From the NCBI GenBank assembly GCA_963806225.1, contig CAWDXG010000004.1, positions 5,024,001 to 5,088,000 of the forward strand: a stretch of DNA of 64,000 nt, in the 5' to 3' direction. Source of the DNA: an uncultured delta proteobacterium. Its GTDB lineage: Bacteria > Myxococcota_A > Polyangia > Polyangiales > Polyangiaceae. Under the pieces are notes generated by a model that saw only the letters and a list, made by a program, of their open reading frames with translations, did no database searches and was not told the origin of the DNA. A program made the position numbers and the translations under genes. This document shows positions 28,174 through 37,852 of the stretch, in pieces (the stretch's first letter is position 1; the number at the start of each line of letters is the position of its first letter).

Positions 28174-28953
28174 ATGAGTGAGCCGCTCATCAGCTTCCGC
28201 GGAGTGAAGAAGGCTTTCGGCCGCAAGGTCATCTACCGCCATCTCGACCTCGATGTGGTCGGCGGCGAGGTGCTGACCATCGTCGGCGGCTCGGGCGTGG
28301 GCAAGAGCGTGATGCTCAAGATGCTCATCGGTCTGCTCGAGCCCGACGCGGGCTCCATCGTCTTCGACGGCGGCGAAGTCACTGCGATGAGCGAGGACCA
28401 GCTGAGCGTGGTGCGGCAGCGCATCGCGATGCTGTTCCAGAGCGGAGCCCTGTTCGATTCACTCAGCGTCGGCGAGAACGTCGCCTACGGACTCGAGGAG
28501 CACTTCCGGCACAAGATGAGCAAGGAGGAGATCGCGACGCGCGTCGAGTGGGCTCTTGGCCTCGTCGATCTGCCCGGCATCGAGGCGATGCGGCCGGCCG
28601 ACCTCTCCGGCGGAATGCGCAAGCGGGTGGCTCTCGCGCGGGCGATCGCGGTCCGCCCCGAGGTGCTCCTGTACGACGAGCCGACGACAGGCCTCGACCC
28701 GATCAACACCGCCCGCGTCAATCACCTCATCATGGGGCTCCAGCAGCGACTGAGCATCACGAGCATCGTGGTCACCCACGACATGAAGAGCGCGTTCAGC
28801 ATCAGCGACAAGGTGGCGATGGTGCACAGCGGCAGCATCATCGCCTACGGCACGGTCGAAGAATTCCGTGCCGCCACGGATCCGCGGGTCGCAGACTTCA
28901 TCGAAGGGCGGGCGCCTGTGAAGGAGGACGTCGAAACGCTCCTGAACGCCTGA
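28174..28953 (+). CDS. mlaF: MlaF/Mkl-type ABC transporter ATP-binding protein
   Basis: GGSGVGKS, FQSGALFDSL, LSGGMRKRVALARA, LLYDEPTTGLDP. Confidence 0.9.
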   Translation: MSEPLISFRGVKKAFGRKVIYRHLDLDVVGGEVLTIVGGSGVGKSVMLKMLIGLLEPDAGSIVFDGGEVTAMSEDQLSVVRQRIAMLFQSGALFDSLSVGENVAYGLEEHFRHKMSKEEIATRVEWALGLVDLPGIEAMRPADLSGGMRKRVALARAIAVRPEVLLYDEPTTGLDPINTARVNHLIMGLQQRLSITSIVVTHDMKSAFSISDKVAMVHSGSIIAYGTVEEFRAATDPRVADFIEGRAPVKEDVETLLNA

Positions 28954-29076
28954 ACGCCCTGCGGGAAGGGGACGGCACGCGAGCGCGTAGGACGGCCGTG
29001 GGAAAGCCGGAATTATGCGTGGGTCCAGCGTCCGGCGTGACTGGACCGGCGGTTTGAGGGAAGATCCAGCGGAAAG

Positions 29077-30324
29077 ATGTCGGGGACCCGCAACGTCAAA
29101 GTCGGCGCATTCGTGCTCACCGGGCTGGTGGTACTGGCCGCCGTCATCTTCCTCATTGGTGACGAGCGGAGGATGTTCCAGTCGAAGGTGGAATACCGGA
29201 TCGTGTTCCACAACGTCGAAGGGCTCAAGCGCGGTTCACCCGTCCGCATGGGCGGCGTCGACGTGGGCGACGTCGCCCACGTCGGCTACTCCGACAACGC
29301 GAAGGACGCGCGCCTGTACGTGACGGTCTCCGTCGTGCAGGAGGAATCGCGGCGAATCCGCGGCGACAGCGTCGCCAGCATCGCGTCCAAGGGGCTGCTT
29401 GGCGACAAGATGATTGTCGTCACCGTCGGCACGCCCGGCAAGCCGCCGATCAAAGCGGGCGGCATCATCCCCAGCAAGGAGTCGGCGGATATCGCCGACA
29501 TGCTCGCTCAGGTCTCCACCATCGGCAAGCGGGCCGAGCAGGTGATGAACAACCTGCAGACGACCACCAACACGCTGGCCGACAAGAAATTCAACCAGGA
29601 CGTCAAGCGCAGCGCCGACTCGCTCGGGAACATCCTGGATTCCATGGACAAGGGCGACGGCTACGCGGCCCGCCTTCTTCACGATCCCACGGAAGCCGAC
29701 CACCTCTCGCGGACGGTGGTGAACCTCGAGCACACCACGGCGGAGCTGAACCGCACGGTGCGCGGGTTCAACCAGGTCCTGGCCCGGGTACAGACCGGGC
29801 CCGGCTTCGCCCACGAGGTGATCTACGGCAAGGGCGGTTCGAAGGCGCTCGAGAAGTTCGGCGATGCCGCCGGGGAGGTCGCGCTCACGCTGCGCGGCAT
29901 CCGCAAGGGCAACGGCGTCGCCAAGAGCCTGATCTACGGCGACGACAAGTCGCAGCAGCTGATGGACAATCTCAACGCCATGAGCGGCGACCTCAGGCAT
30001 ATCGTGGCCGACGCGCGGGCCGGGAAGGGAACCGTGGGAGCGCTGCTCGTCGATCCTTCGGTGTACGAGGACATCAAGATGCTGCTCGGGAACGTGCAGC
30101 GGAATGAAGTGCTCCGGGCGCTGGTTCGGTATTCGATCAAACGCGACGAGAAAGAGGGCCCGAAGGTCCAGGTCGCCGATCCGGACTCGGCGGCCGGCGG
30201 AGCTGCATCGACCACGGGCGGCTCTGCGTCGGGCGGGGCCTCCTCTCCAGCAGCTTCGGGCGGCTCTTCGCCTGGGGGCGGCGGAGCGGCCCCGGCGCCG
30301 GGCCATACCGGCGCGACTCCCTGA
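29077..30324 (+). CDS. mlaD: MlaD/MCE family protein
   Basis: KVGAFV plus TM, GLKRGSPVRMGGVDVG, GLLGDK, long helical region. Confidence 0.88.
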   Translation: MSGTRNVKVGAFVLTGLVVLAAVIFLIGDERRMFQSKVEYRIVFHNVEGLKRGSPVRMGGVDVGDVAHVGYSDNAKDARLYVTVSVVQEESRRIRGDSVASIASKGLLGDKMIVVTVGTPGKPPIKAGGIIPSKESADIADMLAQVSTIGKRAEQVMNNLQTTTNTLADKKFNQDVKRSADSLGNILDSMDKGDGYAARLLHDPTEADHLSRTVVNLEHTTAELNRTVRGFNQVLARVQTGPGFAHEVIYGKGGSKALEKFGDAAGEVALTLRGIRKGNGVAKSLIYGDDKSQQLMDNLNAMSGDLRHIVADARAGKGTVGALLVDPSVYEDIKMLLGNVQRNEVLRALVRYSIKRDEKEGPKVQVADPDSAAGGAASTTGGSASGGASSPAASGGSSPGGGGAAPAPGHTGATP

Positions 30325-30404
30325 ATCGACCTCGCTTCCGCCTCCGTCGCTTCTGCCTGTCCAGGGGCGGCAGTTTCCGCCATCTCGTCCTATACTCCCC
30401 CACG

Positions 30405-33400
30405 ATGCGAATATTGGAGCGCCTCGGAAAGGCACTCGTTGTCCTCGGCGTGTTCGCGCTGGCGTCGTTTTTCGCGCTGCGCTTCGGCACCGGGGGTCTG
30501 TGGAGAGGGCTCGAAGCGGCGCAGGCGGTGACGGCGCCCGGCGCGCCGAAAGCACCCTACGATCTCACGCAGCTCGTTGCGGTCAACGAGACGCTCAAGA
30601 CCATCCGCGACAAGTACGTGGACCCGTCTCGCGTCAAGCCGCGGCAGATGTTCCTGAGCGCGCTGAACCAGGTGCAGAAGGAAGTCGCGCAGGTCATCAT
30701 CCTGCACGATCCCAAGGCGCCTACCGTGAAGGTGCGCGTCGACACCGAGCAGCGCGCATTCCGCGTCGACAACATCCAGGGCCCCTGGGACGTCGCTGCC
30801 CGGCTCCGGGAGGTGTTCGCCTTCCTGCAGCAGAACCTGAAGCACACCGAAGTCGACCTGCGCGACGTCGAGTACGCGGCCTGCAACGGCATGCTCAAGA
30901 CGCTCGACCCGCACAGCGTGTTCATGAGCCCGGAGGCGTACCGGGAGATGAACCTGTCGACGTCCGGTCAGTTCGGCGGGCTCGGCATCGTCATCTCGAT
31001 CCGGGACCAGATGCTCACGATCATCCGCCCGATGCCGGACACACCTGCCGGCAGGGCCGGGCTGAAGCGACTGGACCGCATCACCAAGATCAACAACGAG
31101 TCGACGCTCAACATGCCGCTCGACGACGCGGTCAAGCGTCTGCGCGGCAAGCCCGGCAGCAAGGTGACCATCTGGGTCCACCGTGACGGGAACGGCGGCT
31201 GGAACGGTTCGCGTCCCTTCGAACTCACGCGCGAGGAGATCCACGTCCGCTCCGTCGAGTCGCGCGAGCTCGAGCCCGGCATTGGCTACGTGCGCATCAA
31301 GCAGTTCCAGAGCAGCACTTCCGACGAGCTCGACGACGCGCTCGCGGCTCTGCACAAGAAGGGCAAGCTCAAGGGGCTGGTGATCGACCTCAGGGGCAAC
31401 CCGGGCGGGCTGCTCGACCAGGCCGCCAAGGTTGCCGACACGTTCCTGGATCACGGCGTGATCGTCTCCACCGTGGGCGCCAGCGAAGGCCGCGAGGAGA
31501 AGCGCGCCACGCGTCGCGGCACCGAGCCGGACTATCCCATCGTGGTGCTCGTGAACGGCTCGTCGGCGAGCGCGAGCGAGATCGTCACGGGCGCATTGAA
31601 GAACCAGAACCGCGCGGTCGTGGTCGGCCAGACGACGTTCGGCAAGGGTTCGGTGCAGCTCGTGTTCCCGCGCATCACGCCCGACGGCGCCGCGCTCAAG
31701 CTGACCATCGCGCAGTATCTGACGCCCGGCGACGTATCGATCCAGGGCGTGGGCGTGGCGCCGGACATCGAGCTCGACCCGATGACGGCGGACTCGCTGG
31801 AAATGGATCTGTTCCGCACCGAGCATTCGCTCCGCGAGCGGGATCTGTCGAAGAGCCTGTCGAACGGCGGCAAGCGGGCGACCGCGCAGCCGTACTTCAA
31901 GCTCCGCTACAACATGCCCGAGAAGTTGCGCGAGAAGCTGCGCGAGCTCGGCGGGGACATCGACGACGAGTTCCGTCTCGACTTCCCGATCCGCTTCGGG
32001 CGCGACCTCGCCGCGAAGATGCCCTCCGGGGCGCGCCAGAGCGAGCTCGGGGCCGTGCGCCCCTTCCTCGACAAGGAGCAGGCCGCCGAGATCGCCTCCA
32101 TCAGTCGCGACCTCGGCAAGATGGGCATCGACTGGAGCGCGCCGCCCGCGGACGTGAAGGCCGGCCCCAAGGCGAGCGACTACGAGGTCAAGGTCACTAC
32201 CGACCGCAAGAAAGACACGGTCGTGGCGGGCGAGCCGATGACGCTCAAGGTGAGCGTCAAGAACACGAGCAAGGAGCCCATCTACCAGCTCCGTGCCATC
32301 ACCAAGAGCGACGGCCCCTACTACGACCAGAAGGAGCTGGTGCTCGGCAAGATCGACCCTGGTCAGACCCGGACGGCGACGACGCCGCTCGGTTGGTGTG
32401 ATGTCGACGGGCGCAAGCCCGGATCGACCAAGCCGCTGCCGACCGACGCCAAGCGCGTGTGCAAGCTGCCGCTCAACGCCGTGACGCGCCAGGACGTGGT
32501 CAAGGTCCGCTTCAGTGCGGAGGGCGGCGCGCCGCCCCGCGAGATGGAGCTCCGGCCCACGGTCAAGAGCCTGCCGCGGCCCATCTTCGCCTACAGCTAC
32601 CAGATCGCCGACAACCGCCCCGGCAACGGCGACGGTCAACTGGCGCGTGGCGAGGGCGCGACCGTCTACGTCACGGTGAAGAACGTCGGCAAGGGCCGTT
32701 CCTACGAGACCCAGGCCAACCTCCGGAATCTCACCGGCGACGGGCTGTACCTGCGCGCCGGGCGCTTCAACGTCTCGAACATGAAGCCCGGCGACGTGCG
32801 CAAGGTGGCGTTCACCTTCGATGTGCTGAAGGCCTTGCCGGACAACTTCGCCAAGGTCGAGCTCAGCATCGTCGACCGGGACCTGCGTGTGCTGGCGAAC
32901 GAGAAGCTGACCATTCCCATCACCCACAACGGCCTCTTCATCAACAAGGCCTCGGGTCTGGTCTCGACCAAGGTGGACGCGCCTGTCCGCGGCCAACCGG
33001 TTGCCGCGTCGACCGTGATCGGCACCCTGGACAAGGGGGCGGTCGTCAAGCGTACGGGTGTTTTCGGGTCCTTCACCAAGGTTCTACTGTCGAAGGACCG
33101 TTTCGGCTTCGTCGAGACCAGCCGGCTCGCCCCGGGGCACGGCGCCGCGAAGGCCGTGTTCAAGCCGCTTCTGTCGCGTTCTCCGCCGATGCTCGAGGTG
33201 AATCCCGCGCAGCTGGCGACGCGCGCCGACCACGTGCGCATCCAGGGAACGGCGACGGACAACGACCGCGTGCTGGATGCGTACACCTTCGTCGGTTCGC
33301 AAAAGGTGTTCTACCGGTCGAACCGCAAGGGCAAGGACCCGAAGAAGTTCGACTTCTCGTTCGACGCGCACCTGCAGCCCGGCATGAACGTCATCACCGT

Positions 33401-33533
33401 GGTGGCGCGCGAGAACGAGGACACCGCCACCAGCCACACATTGGTCGTGCGCAGGGACGGGTCGCATGGCGAGGCGCTGCCCACGCCGAAGAACGAGCTG
33501 TTCGGCGAGGACTGGCAGTTCGGCAAGAAATAG
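30405..33533 (+). CDS. Large S41 carboxy-terminal processing protease with PDZ domain and C-terminal Ig-like extensions (MXAN_5808-like)
   Basis: LDPHS, FGGLGI, DLRGNPGG, SASASEI, TFGKGSVQ. Confidence 0.92.
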   Translation: MRILERLGKALVVLGVFALASFFALRFGTGGLWRGLEAAQAVTAPGAPKAPYDLTQLVAVNETLKTIRDKYVDPSRVKPRQMFLSALNQVQKEVAQVIILHDPKAPTVKVRVDTEQRAFRVDNIQGPWDVAARLREVFAFLQQNLKHTEVDLRDVEYAACNGMLKTLDPHSVFMSPEAYREMNLSTSGQFGGLGIVISIRDQMLTIIRPMPDTPAGRAGLKRLDRITKINNESTLNMPLDDAVKRLRGKPGSKVTIWVHRDGNGGWNGSRPFELTREEIHVRSVESRELEPGIGYVRIKQFQSSTSDELDDALAALHKKGKLKGLVIDLRGNPGGLLDQAAKVADTFLDHGVIVSTVGASEGREEKRATRRGTEPDYPIVVLVNGSSASASEIVTGALKNQNRAVVVGQTTFGKGSVQLVFPRITPDGAALKLTIAQYLTPGDVSIQGVGVAPDIELDPMTADSLEMDLFRTEHSLRERDLSKSLSNGGKRATAQPYFKLRYNMPEKLREKLRELGGDIDDEFRLDFPIRFGRDLAAKMPSGARQSELGAVRPFLDKEQAAEIASISRDLGKMGIDWSAPPADVKAGPKASDYEVKVTTDRKKDTVVAGEPMTLKVSVKNTSKEPIYQLRAITKSDGPYYDQKELVLGKIDPGQTRTATTPLGWCDVDGRKPGSTKPLPTDAKRVCKLPLNAVTRQDVVKVRFSAEGGAPPREMELRPTVKSLPRPIFAYSYQIADNRPGNGDGQLARGEGATVYVTVKNVGKGRSYETQANLRNLTGDGLYLRAGRFNVSNMKPGDVRKVAFTFDVLKALPDNFAKVELSIVDRDLRVLANEKLTIPITHNGLFINKASGLVSTKVDAPVRGQPVAASTVIGTLDKGAVVKRTGVFGSFTKVLLSKDRFGFVETSRLAPGHGAAKAVFKPLLSRSPPMLEVNPAQLATRADHVRIQGTATDNDRVLDAYTFVGSQKVFYRSNRKGKDPKKFDFSFDAHLQPGMNVITVVARENEDTATSHTLVVRRDGSHGEALPTPKNELFGEDWQFGKK

Positions 33534-33540
33534 CCGGCCC

Positions 33541-34281
33541 ATGTCCGTGATGCGCTTGCACATCAACATCGATCACGTCGCAACGCTCCGCAACGCGCGG
33601 GGCACGAGCTATCCGGATCCCGTCTTTGCCGCCCAGCAGTGCGAGCTGGCCGGCGCCGACGGCATCACCGCGCACTTGCGCGAGGATCGCCGGCACATCC
33701 GCGACGACGACGCGGAGCGCCTGCGAGCGGCGATCACCACGCTGTTCAATCTGGAGATGGCAGCGACCGACGAGATGATCGAAGTCGCCCAGCGGATCCG
33801 TCCCGACGTGATCACGCTGGTGCCCGAGCGCCGTGAAGAGCGCACCACGGAGGGCGGGCTCGACGTGGTGAAGAACCGCGCGGCCATCGAGCGGGCAGCG
33901 ACCATGTGCGATCGGGCGAAGATCAAGCTCAGCCTCTTCATCGAGGCGGACGAGGCGCAGATCGACCAGAGCGCGAAGCTCGGCGCGCGGCAGATCGAGC
34001 TGCACACCGGCGAGTACTGCCTGGCGTCCGGAGAAAAGTGCGAAGCCGAGCTCGCCCGGCTCCGCCGCGCGGCGGCGTATGCGGCCGACGCGGGGCTCGA
34101 AGTGGCCGCGGGGCACGGTCTCACCCGTCACAACGTCATCGCCGTCGCTGCCATCCCGCACATCGCGGAGCTCAACATCGGACACGCCGTCGTCGCGGAT
34201 GCCGTACTGGTCGGGATGGATCGCGCAGTGCGCGATCTGTGGGCGGCCGTGCGGCGCGGGCTCGCGCTGCGCGGCGACTGA
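33541..34281 (+). CDS. pdxJ: Pyridoxine 5'-phosphate synthase
   Basis: NIDHVATLRNAR, HLREDRRHI, LVPERREERTTEGGLD, ELHTG, AGHGL, ELNIGH. Confidence 0.97.
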   Translation: MSVMRLHINIDHVATLRNARGTSYPDPVFAAQQCELAGADGITAHLREDRRHIRDDDAERLRAAITTLFNLEMAATDEMIEVAQRIRPDVITLVPERREERTTEGGLDVVKNRAAIERAATMCDRAKIKLSLFIEADEAQIDQSAKLGARQIELHTGEYCLASGEKCEAELARLRRAAAYAADAGLEVAAGHGLTRHNVIAVAAIPHIAELNIGHAVVADAVLVGMDRAVRDLWAAVRRGLALRGD

Positions 34282-34413
34282 GCTCGCGGGCACGACGCCC
34301 GGAGTCGATCGGCGAGGGCTCGACAGGAAGGCGGGAAGGCGGGAAGATCTTGGGGGTCGAGGGGTGGGACGGCAGAGTGCGGCTAATCCAGCGGGAGTGC
34401 GGCGCGTCCCGCT

Positions 34414-35025
34414 TCAGGCGATGCGGCGCGCGTCGCGGCGGCGGCGGAGGTTGAGCGCTACGAGACCCACGGGCATGATGGGGACGAACAGGACGAGATC
34501 CACGAGGCCGATCACGAAGCCCGCGGAAAGCGCCAGCGCGAACCAGACAACGTCGCCCGGCGTTGCCCGGGCCCGGTCCGCTTCGCGTAGTCCTGTCCGT
34601 TCGCGCACCTGGGCCACGCTCTGGTCGAGCAGCGGTTCGAGCGGCAGGCCGTACAGGCTCCGGCTGTGGCGGCCGCGCACGAACGCGCGGAAGATGCGTC
34701 GCGGCATGTAGGTCGCGCCGCCGAACATGCCGGCGAGGTTGAGCTGCCACGCCACGACGAAGCCCTTGCAGCCCGCGGCGATCTCCCAGGCGGAGATCTC
34801 CATCTCGCCGTGGAAGTCCGTCCGGTACCCGGTCAGCATGTGGTGCAGGTCGTGGTAGCGCACAGCGCGCACGCGGGCGGCGCTGTTGGGAAAGGGGAAC
34901 GGGATGGGCCCGATCGTGAAATCGACCCAGGTGTCGCCGTAACCGCCGTCTTTGCCGAGCCCGTTGTTCTCGAAGTACTGTGAGCGGGCTTCACGTAGCG
35001 TGGTCGCGTCGTCACGTTCCGGCAC
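34414..35025 (-). CDS. Coq4-like metal-binding membrane protein
   Basis: HDLHH-x11-E motif (HDLHHMLTGYRTDFHGE); AGGAGG SD 6 nt before GTG 35025; C-terminal TM. Confidence 0.7.
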   Translation of the reverse strand: MPERDDATTLREARSQYFENNGLGKDGGYGDTWVDFTIGPIPFPFPNSAARVRAVRYHDLHHMLTGYRTDFHGEMEISAWEIAAGCKGFVVAWQLNLAGMFGGATYMPRRIFRAFVRGRHSRSLYGLPLEPLLDQSVAQVRERTGLREADRARATPGDVVWFALALSAGFVIGLVDLVLFVPIMPVGLVALNLRRRRDARRIA

Positions 35026-35046
35026 GGGTCGCCTCCTTTTCAAAAA

Positions 35047-35062
35047 AATGACTATAGTCACT
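35047..35062. promoter_or_regulatory. Putative TetR operator 1 (AATGAC-TATA-GTCACT)
   Basis: Perfect 12-bp palindrome TGACTATAGTCA in the divergent intergenic region. Confidence 0.7.
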
Positions 35063-35132
35063 TATATTGATCGGCGCTACCCGGAAATTCCAGGCCATAT
35101 GCTTGCATTCGCGCCGTTCCAGGCGAAGGATT

Positions 35133-35148
35133 AGTGAGCGCAGTCACT
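35133..35148. promoter_or_regulatory. Putative TetR operator 2 (AGTGAG-CGCA-GTCACT)
   Basis: Second copy of the same inverted repeat, abutting the TetR ATG. Confidence 0.65.
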
Positions 35149-35802
35149 ATGTCGGGTCAGCGTGAGCGACAGAAGGCGGACAAGCGCGAGCGCATCCGCG
35201 ACGCGGCCTGGGACCTGTTCACGACGCAAGGCTACGCCCACACGACGACGCGGGAGGTCGCCGAGCGCGCGGGCATCGCGACGGGCACGCTGTTCCGCTA
35301 CGCGAGCGACAAGGCGGATCTGCTTTTCCTCGTCTATCACGAGCGGCTGTCCCGCGCTCTCGAGCGGGGCTTCGCATCCCTGCCGCGCGGGGGGCCGCTC
35401 GTCGACCAGCTCCTGCACCTGTTCGGGGAGTTCTTCCGGATGTACGAGGCCCACCCCGAGGTGGCGCGCGAGTTCGTCCGCGCCATGCCCGGCGCCGACG
35501 GACCCAACGCGCAGGCGCTCAACGGTCTCACGTTCGGCTTCCTGTACCAGTTGGCCGGGCTGGTCGGCGAAGCGCAATCGCGCGGCGAGGTCAGCCGGGC
35601 TGTCGAACCGATGCAGGCTGCCGCGAATTTCTTCGCGCTCTACTACGGGGCGCTGCTGGGCTGGCTCTCCGGCTTCTCGTCGCTGGAGGCTTCGCTGGAT
35701 CCCGTGCTGAAAAGCTCGCTCGGCCTGCAGATCCGCGGCCTACTACCGCACGACGACGACCCTCGACAGCCCCCGTCGCCGGGTGCAAAGTCGTCGCGAT
35801 GA
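35149..35802 (+). CDS. TetR/AcrR family transcriptional regulator
   Basis: RERIRDAAWDLF..QGYAHTTTREVAERAGIATGTLFRY HTH. Confidence 0.93.
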   Translation: MSGQRERQKADKRERIRDAAWDLFTTQGYAHTTTREVAERAGIATGTLFRYASDKADLLFLVYHERLSRALERGFASLPRGGPLVDQLLHLFGEFFRMYEAHPEVAREFVRAMPGADGPNAQALNGLTFGFLYQLAGLVGEAQSRGEVSRAVEPMQAAANFFALYYGALLGWLSGFSSLEASLDPVLKSSLGLQIRGLLPHDDDPRQPPSPGAKSSR

Positions 35803-36182
35803 TCGTCGGGCTCGGCATGGACGTCGCTTCCATCGAGCGCATCGCGCGCTCGCTCGAGCGCTACGGCGCGCGTTTTGCCGAACGCATCCTGACGCCGCGC
35901 GAGCGGGAGGAGCTGGCCGGGCGTCACGGCGACTATCCGAGCGCCGTAGCCGGGCGTTTTGCCGCGAAAGAAGCGCTCTCGAAGGCGCTGGGCGGGCCCC
36001 GGGACGTCTGGTGGCAGTCGGTGGAAGTGCGCCGTGGCGCGCTCGGCGCGCCGGAGATGCACCTCAGCGGGCCGGGGAAGGTGCACGCCGACCGCCTGGG
36101 CGTGACGCGCTGCTTCGTGACCATCACGCACGACGCGGGCGTGGCCGCGGCGGTGGTGGTGCTCGAAGCCGACCGTGCCTAG
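35799..36182 (+). CDS. acpS: Holo-ACP synthase
   Basis: IVGLGMDV, RILTPRE, GRFAAKEALSKALG, TITHD. Confidence 0.95.
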   Translation: MIVGLGMDVASIERIARSLERYGARFAERILTPREREELAGRHGDYPSAVAGRFAAKEALSKALGGPRDVWWQSVEVRRGALGAPEMHLSGPGKVHADRLGVTRCFVTITHDAGVAAAVVVLEADRA

Positions 36183-36191
36183 GATGGTGTC

Positions 36192-37754
36192 GTGATTGTC
36201 GCGCTCTCCCGGGACCAGATCCGCGCGCTCGACGCCTGCGCCGCCGACCAGTGCAACGTCGCGGGCATTGTCCTGATGGAAAATGCCGGGCGCGGCGCGG
36301 CCGAGGTTGTCGAACGGCTGCTCGAGCGGCGTGCGCTCCACGGGCGGGGTCGCGTGCTCGTCCTGTGCGGCCCGGGCAACAACGGCGGCGACGGCTTCGT
36401 CGTAGCGCGCAGGCTCGTGGTGCGCGGTCACGAGGTGCGCGTCGTGCTGACGGCCAAGGCCGACCGCCTGAAAGGCGACGCGCTCGCCAACTACAAGGCG
36501 TGGACGGGGCTCGGCGGAGCGGTTGCGGAAATCCACTCCGACGCGGAGCTCGCGCGGCTGGACGGCGAGCTCGACGGCGCCGCGGTGGTCGTGGACGCGC
36601 TGCTCGGTACCGGGCTCGATCGCGACGTGGAGGGGCGCCTGCGCACGATCATCGAGCGCATCAACGCGGCGGACGTGCTGCGCGTCGCGCTCGACATCCC
36701 TTCGGGGCTGCACGCCGACACGGGCCGCGTGCTGGGCGTGGCGGTGCGCGCGCACGCCACGGTCACGTTCGCGCACCTCAAGCTCGGGCTGCTCGCGTCC
36801 ACGGGAGCCGAGCACGCCGGCCACGTCGAGGTGGCCGACATCGGCGTGCCGCCGTCGCTGCACGAGCGCGTGGGGCACGCCGCAACTGTCGTGGAACCGG
36901 CGGACGTAGCCCGGGCGATCGCGCCACGTCCGCTCGCCACGCACAAGGGCTCGGCGGGCCGCGTGATCGCCGTGGCCGGCTCGGCCGGCAAGACGGGCGC
37001 CGCGCTGCTGGTGGCGCGCGGAGCGCTCAGGTCAGGCGCAGGTCTGGTCAGTATCTGCACCTCGCCTGAAGCGGCCGACTCGCTCGATCGGCGCGTGCTC
37101 GAGGAGATGACCCTGCGTGTCGATCCGGCGCGTCTCGAAGCGTCGCTGGACGAGCATCTCGCTGGCGCGGCCGCGGTTGCGGTGGGTCCCGGCATCGGTC
37201 TCGACGAGCACGCACGGAAAGTCGTCGACCACGTCGTGCTCGGCTGGGACGGCGTGAAGGTCGTCGACGCCGACGCGCTCACGCACTTCGGCGGGCGCGC
37301 CGGCGAGCTCGCCAAGGCGGCCGGCCATTTGATCCTGACGCCGCACCCGGGCGAGATGGGACGCCTGCTCGGCAGCAGCGGTACGGAGGTCGAAGCCGAT
37401 CGCTTCGGTGCGCTCCGCCGCGCGGTGGAGCTGACGCGGGCGGTGGTGTTGCTGAAGGGGGCGCGCACATTGATCGGCGCGCCGGGCGAGCTCCCGATCG
37501 TCAACTCCTCCGGCACTCCCGCCTTGGCCACGGCCGGGGCGGGCGACGTGCTCAGCGGGATCACGCTCGCGCTTGCCTGCAGCCTGACGCCGCATCAGGC
37601 GGCGTGGTGCGCGGCCTGGGTGCACGGCTGCGCGGCCGAAGCCTGGGCCGCCGAGGCGGGCGCCGACCGCGGACTTCTGGCCCACGAGGTGGCCGATCGC
37701 GTGCCCGGCGTGCTTGCCGGCCTGGCAAGCGCCGTTCGGCCGCTGCCACTTTGA
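36192..37754 (+). CDS. nnr: Bifunctional NAD(P)H-hydrate epimerase/dehydratase
   Basis: LMENAG, GPGNNGGDG, DALLGTG, DIPSG, HKG, DADAL, TPHPGE, LATAGAGDVL. Confidence 0.95.
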   Translation: MIVALSRDQIRALDACAADQCNVAGIVLMENAGRGAAEVVERLLERRALHGRGRVLVLCGPGNNGGDGFVVARRLVVRGHEVRVVLTAKADRLKGDALANYKAWTGLGGAVAEIHSDAELARLDGELDGAAVVVDALLGTGLDRDVEGRLRTIIERINAADVLRVALDIPSGLHADTGRVLGVAVRAHATVTFAHLKLGLLASTGAEHAGHVEVADIGVPPSLHERVGHAATVVEPADVARAIAPRPLATHKGSAGRVIAVAGSAGKTGAALLVARGALRSGAGLVSICTSPEAADSLDRRVLEEMTLRVDPARLEASLDEHLAGAAAVAVGPGIGLDEHARKVVDHVVLGWDGVKVVDADALTHFGGRAGELAKAAGHLILTPHPGEMGRLLGSSGTEVEADRFGALRRAVELTRAVVLLKGARTLIGAPGELPIVNSSGTPALATAGAGDVLSGITLALACSLTPHQAAWCAAWVHGCAAEAWAAEAGADRGLLAHEVADRVPGVLAGLASAVRPLPL

Positions 37755-37823
37755 CACGCGCCCTGCGTCCCCTGGGACGCGCCTTGTGCCGCAGGATCGC
37801 GGGAAAATCCCCGTTGCGTGGCC

Positions 37824-37838
37824 TGGCACGTCGCTTGC
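37824..37838 (+). promoter_or_regulatory. Sigma54 (-24/-12) promoter TGGCACG-TCGC-TTGC
   Basis: Matches the TGGCACGN4TTGC consensus, 14 nt upstream of the ECF ATG. Confidence 0.75.
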
Positions 37839-37852
37839 GATGTGCCCCGCCC

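Noticed and set aside
30390..32996. 868-aa antisense ORF and similar long shadows (205..1896, 20033..22273, 39342..42086, 54781..56826)
   Set aside because: Antisense or alternate frames of well-supported genes, with no recognisable motifs
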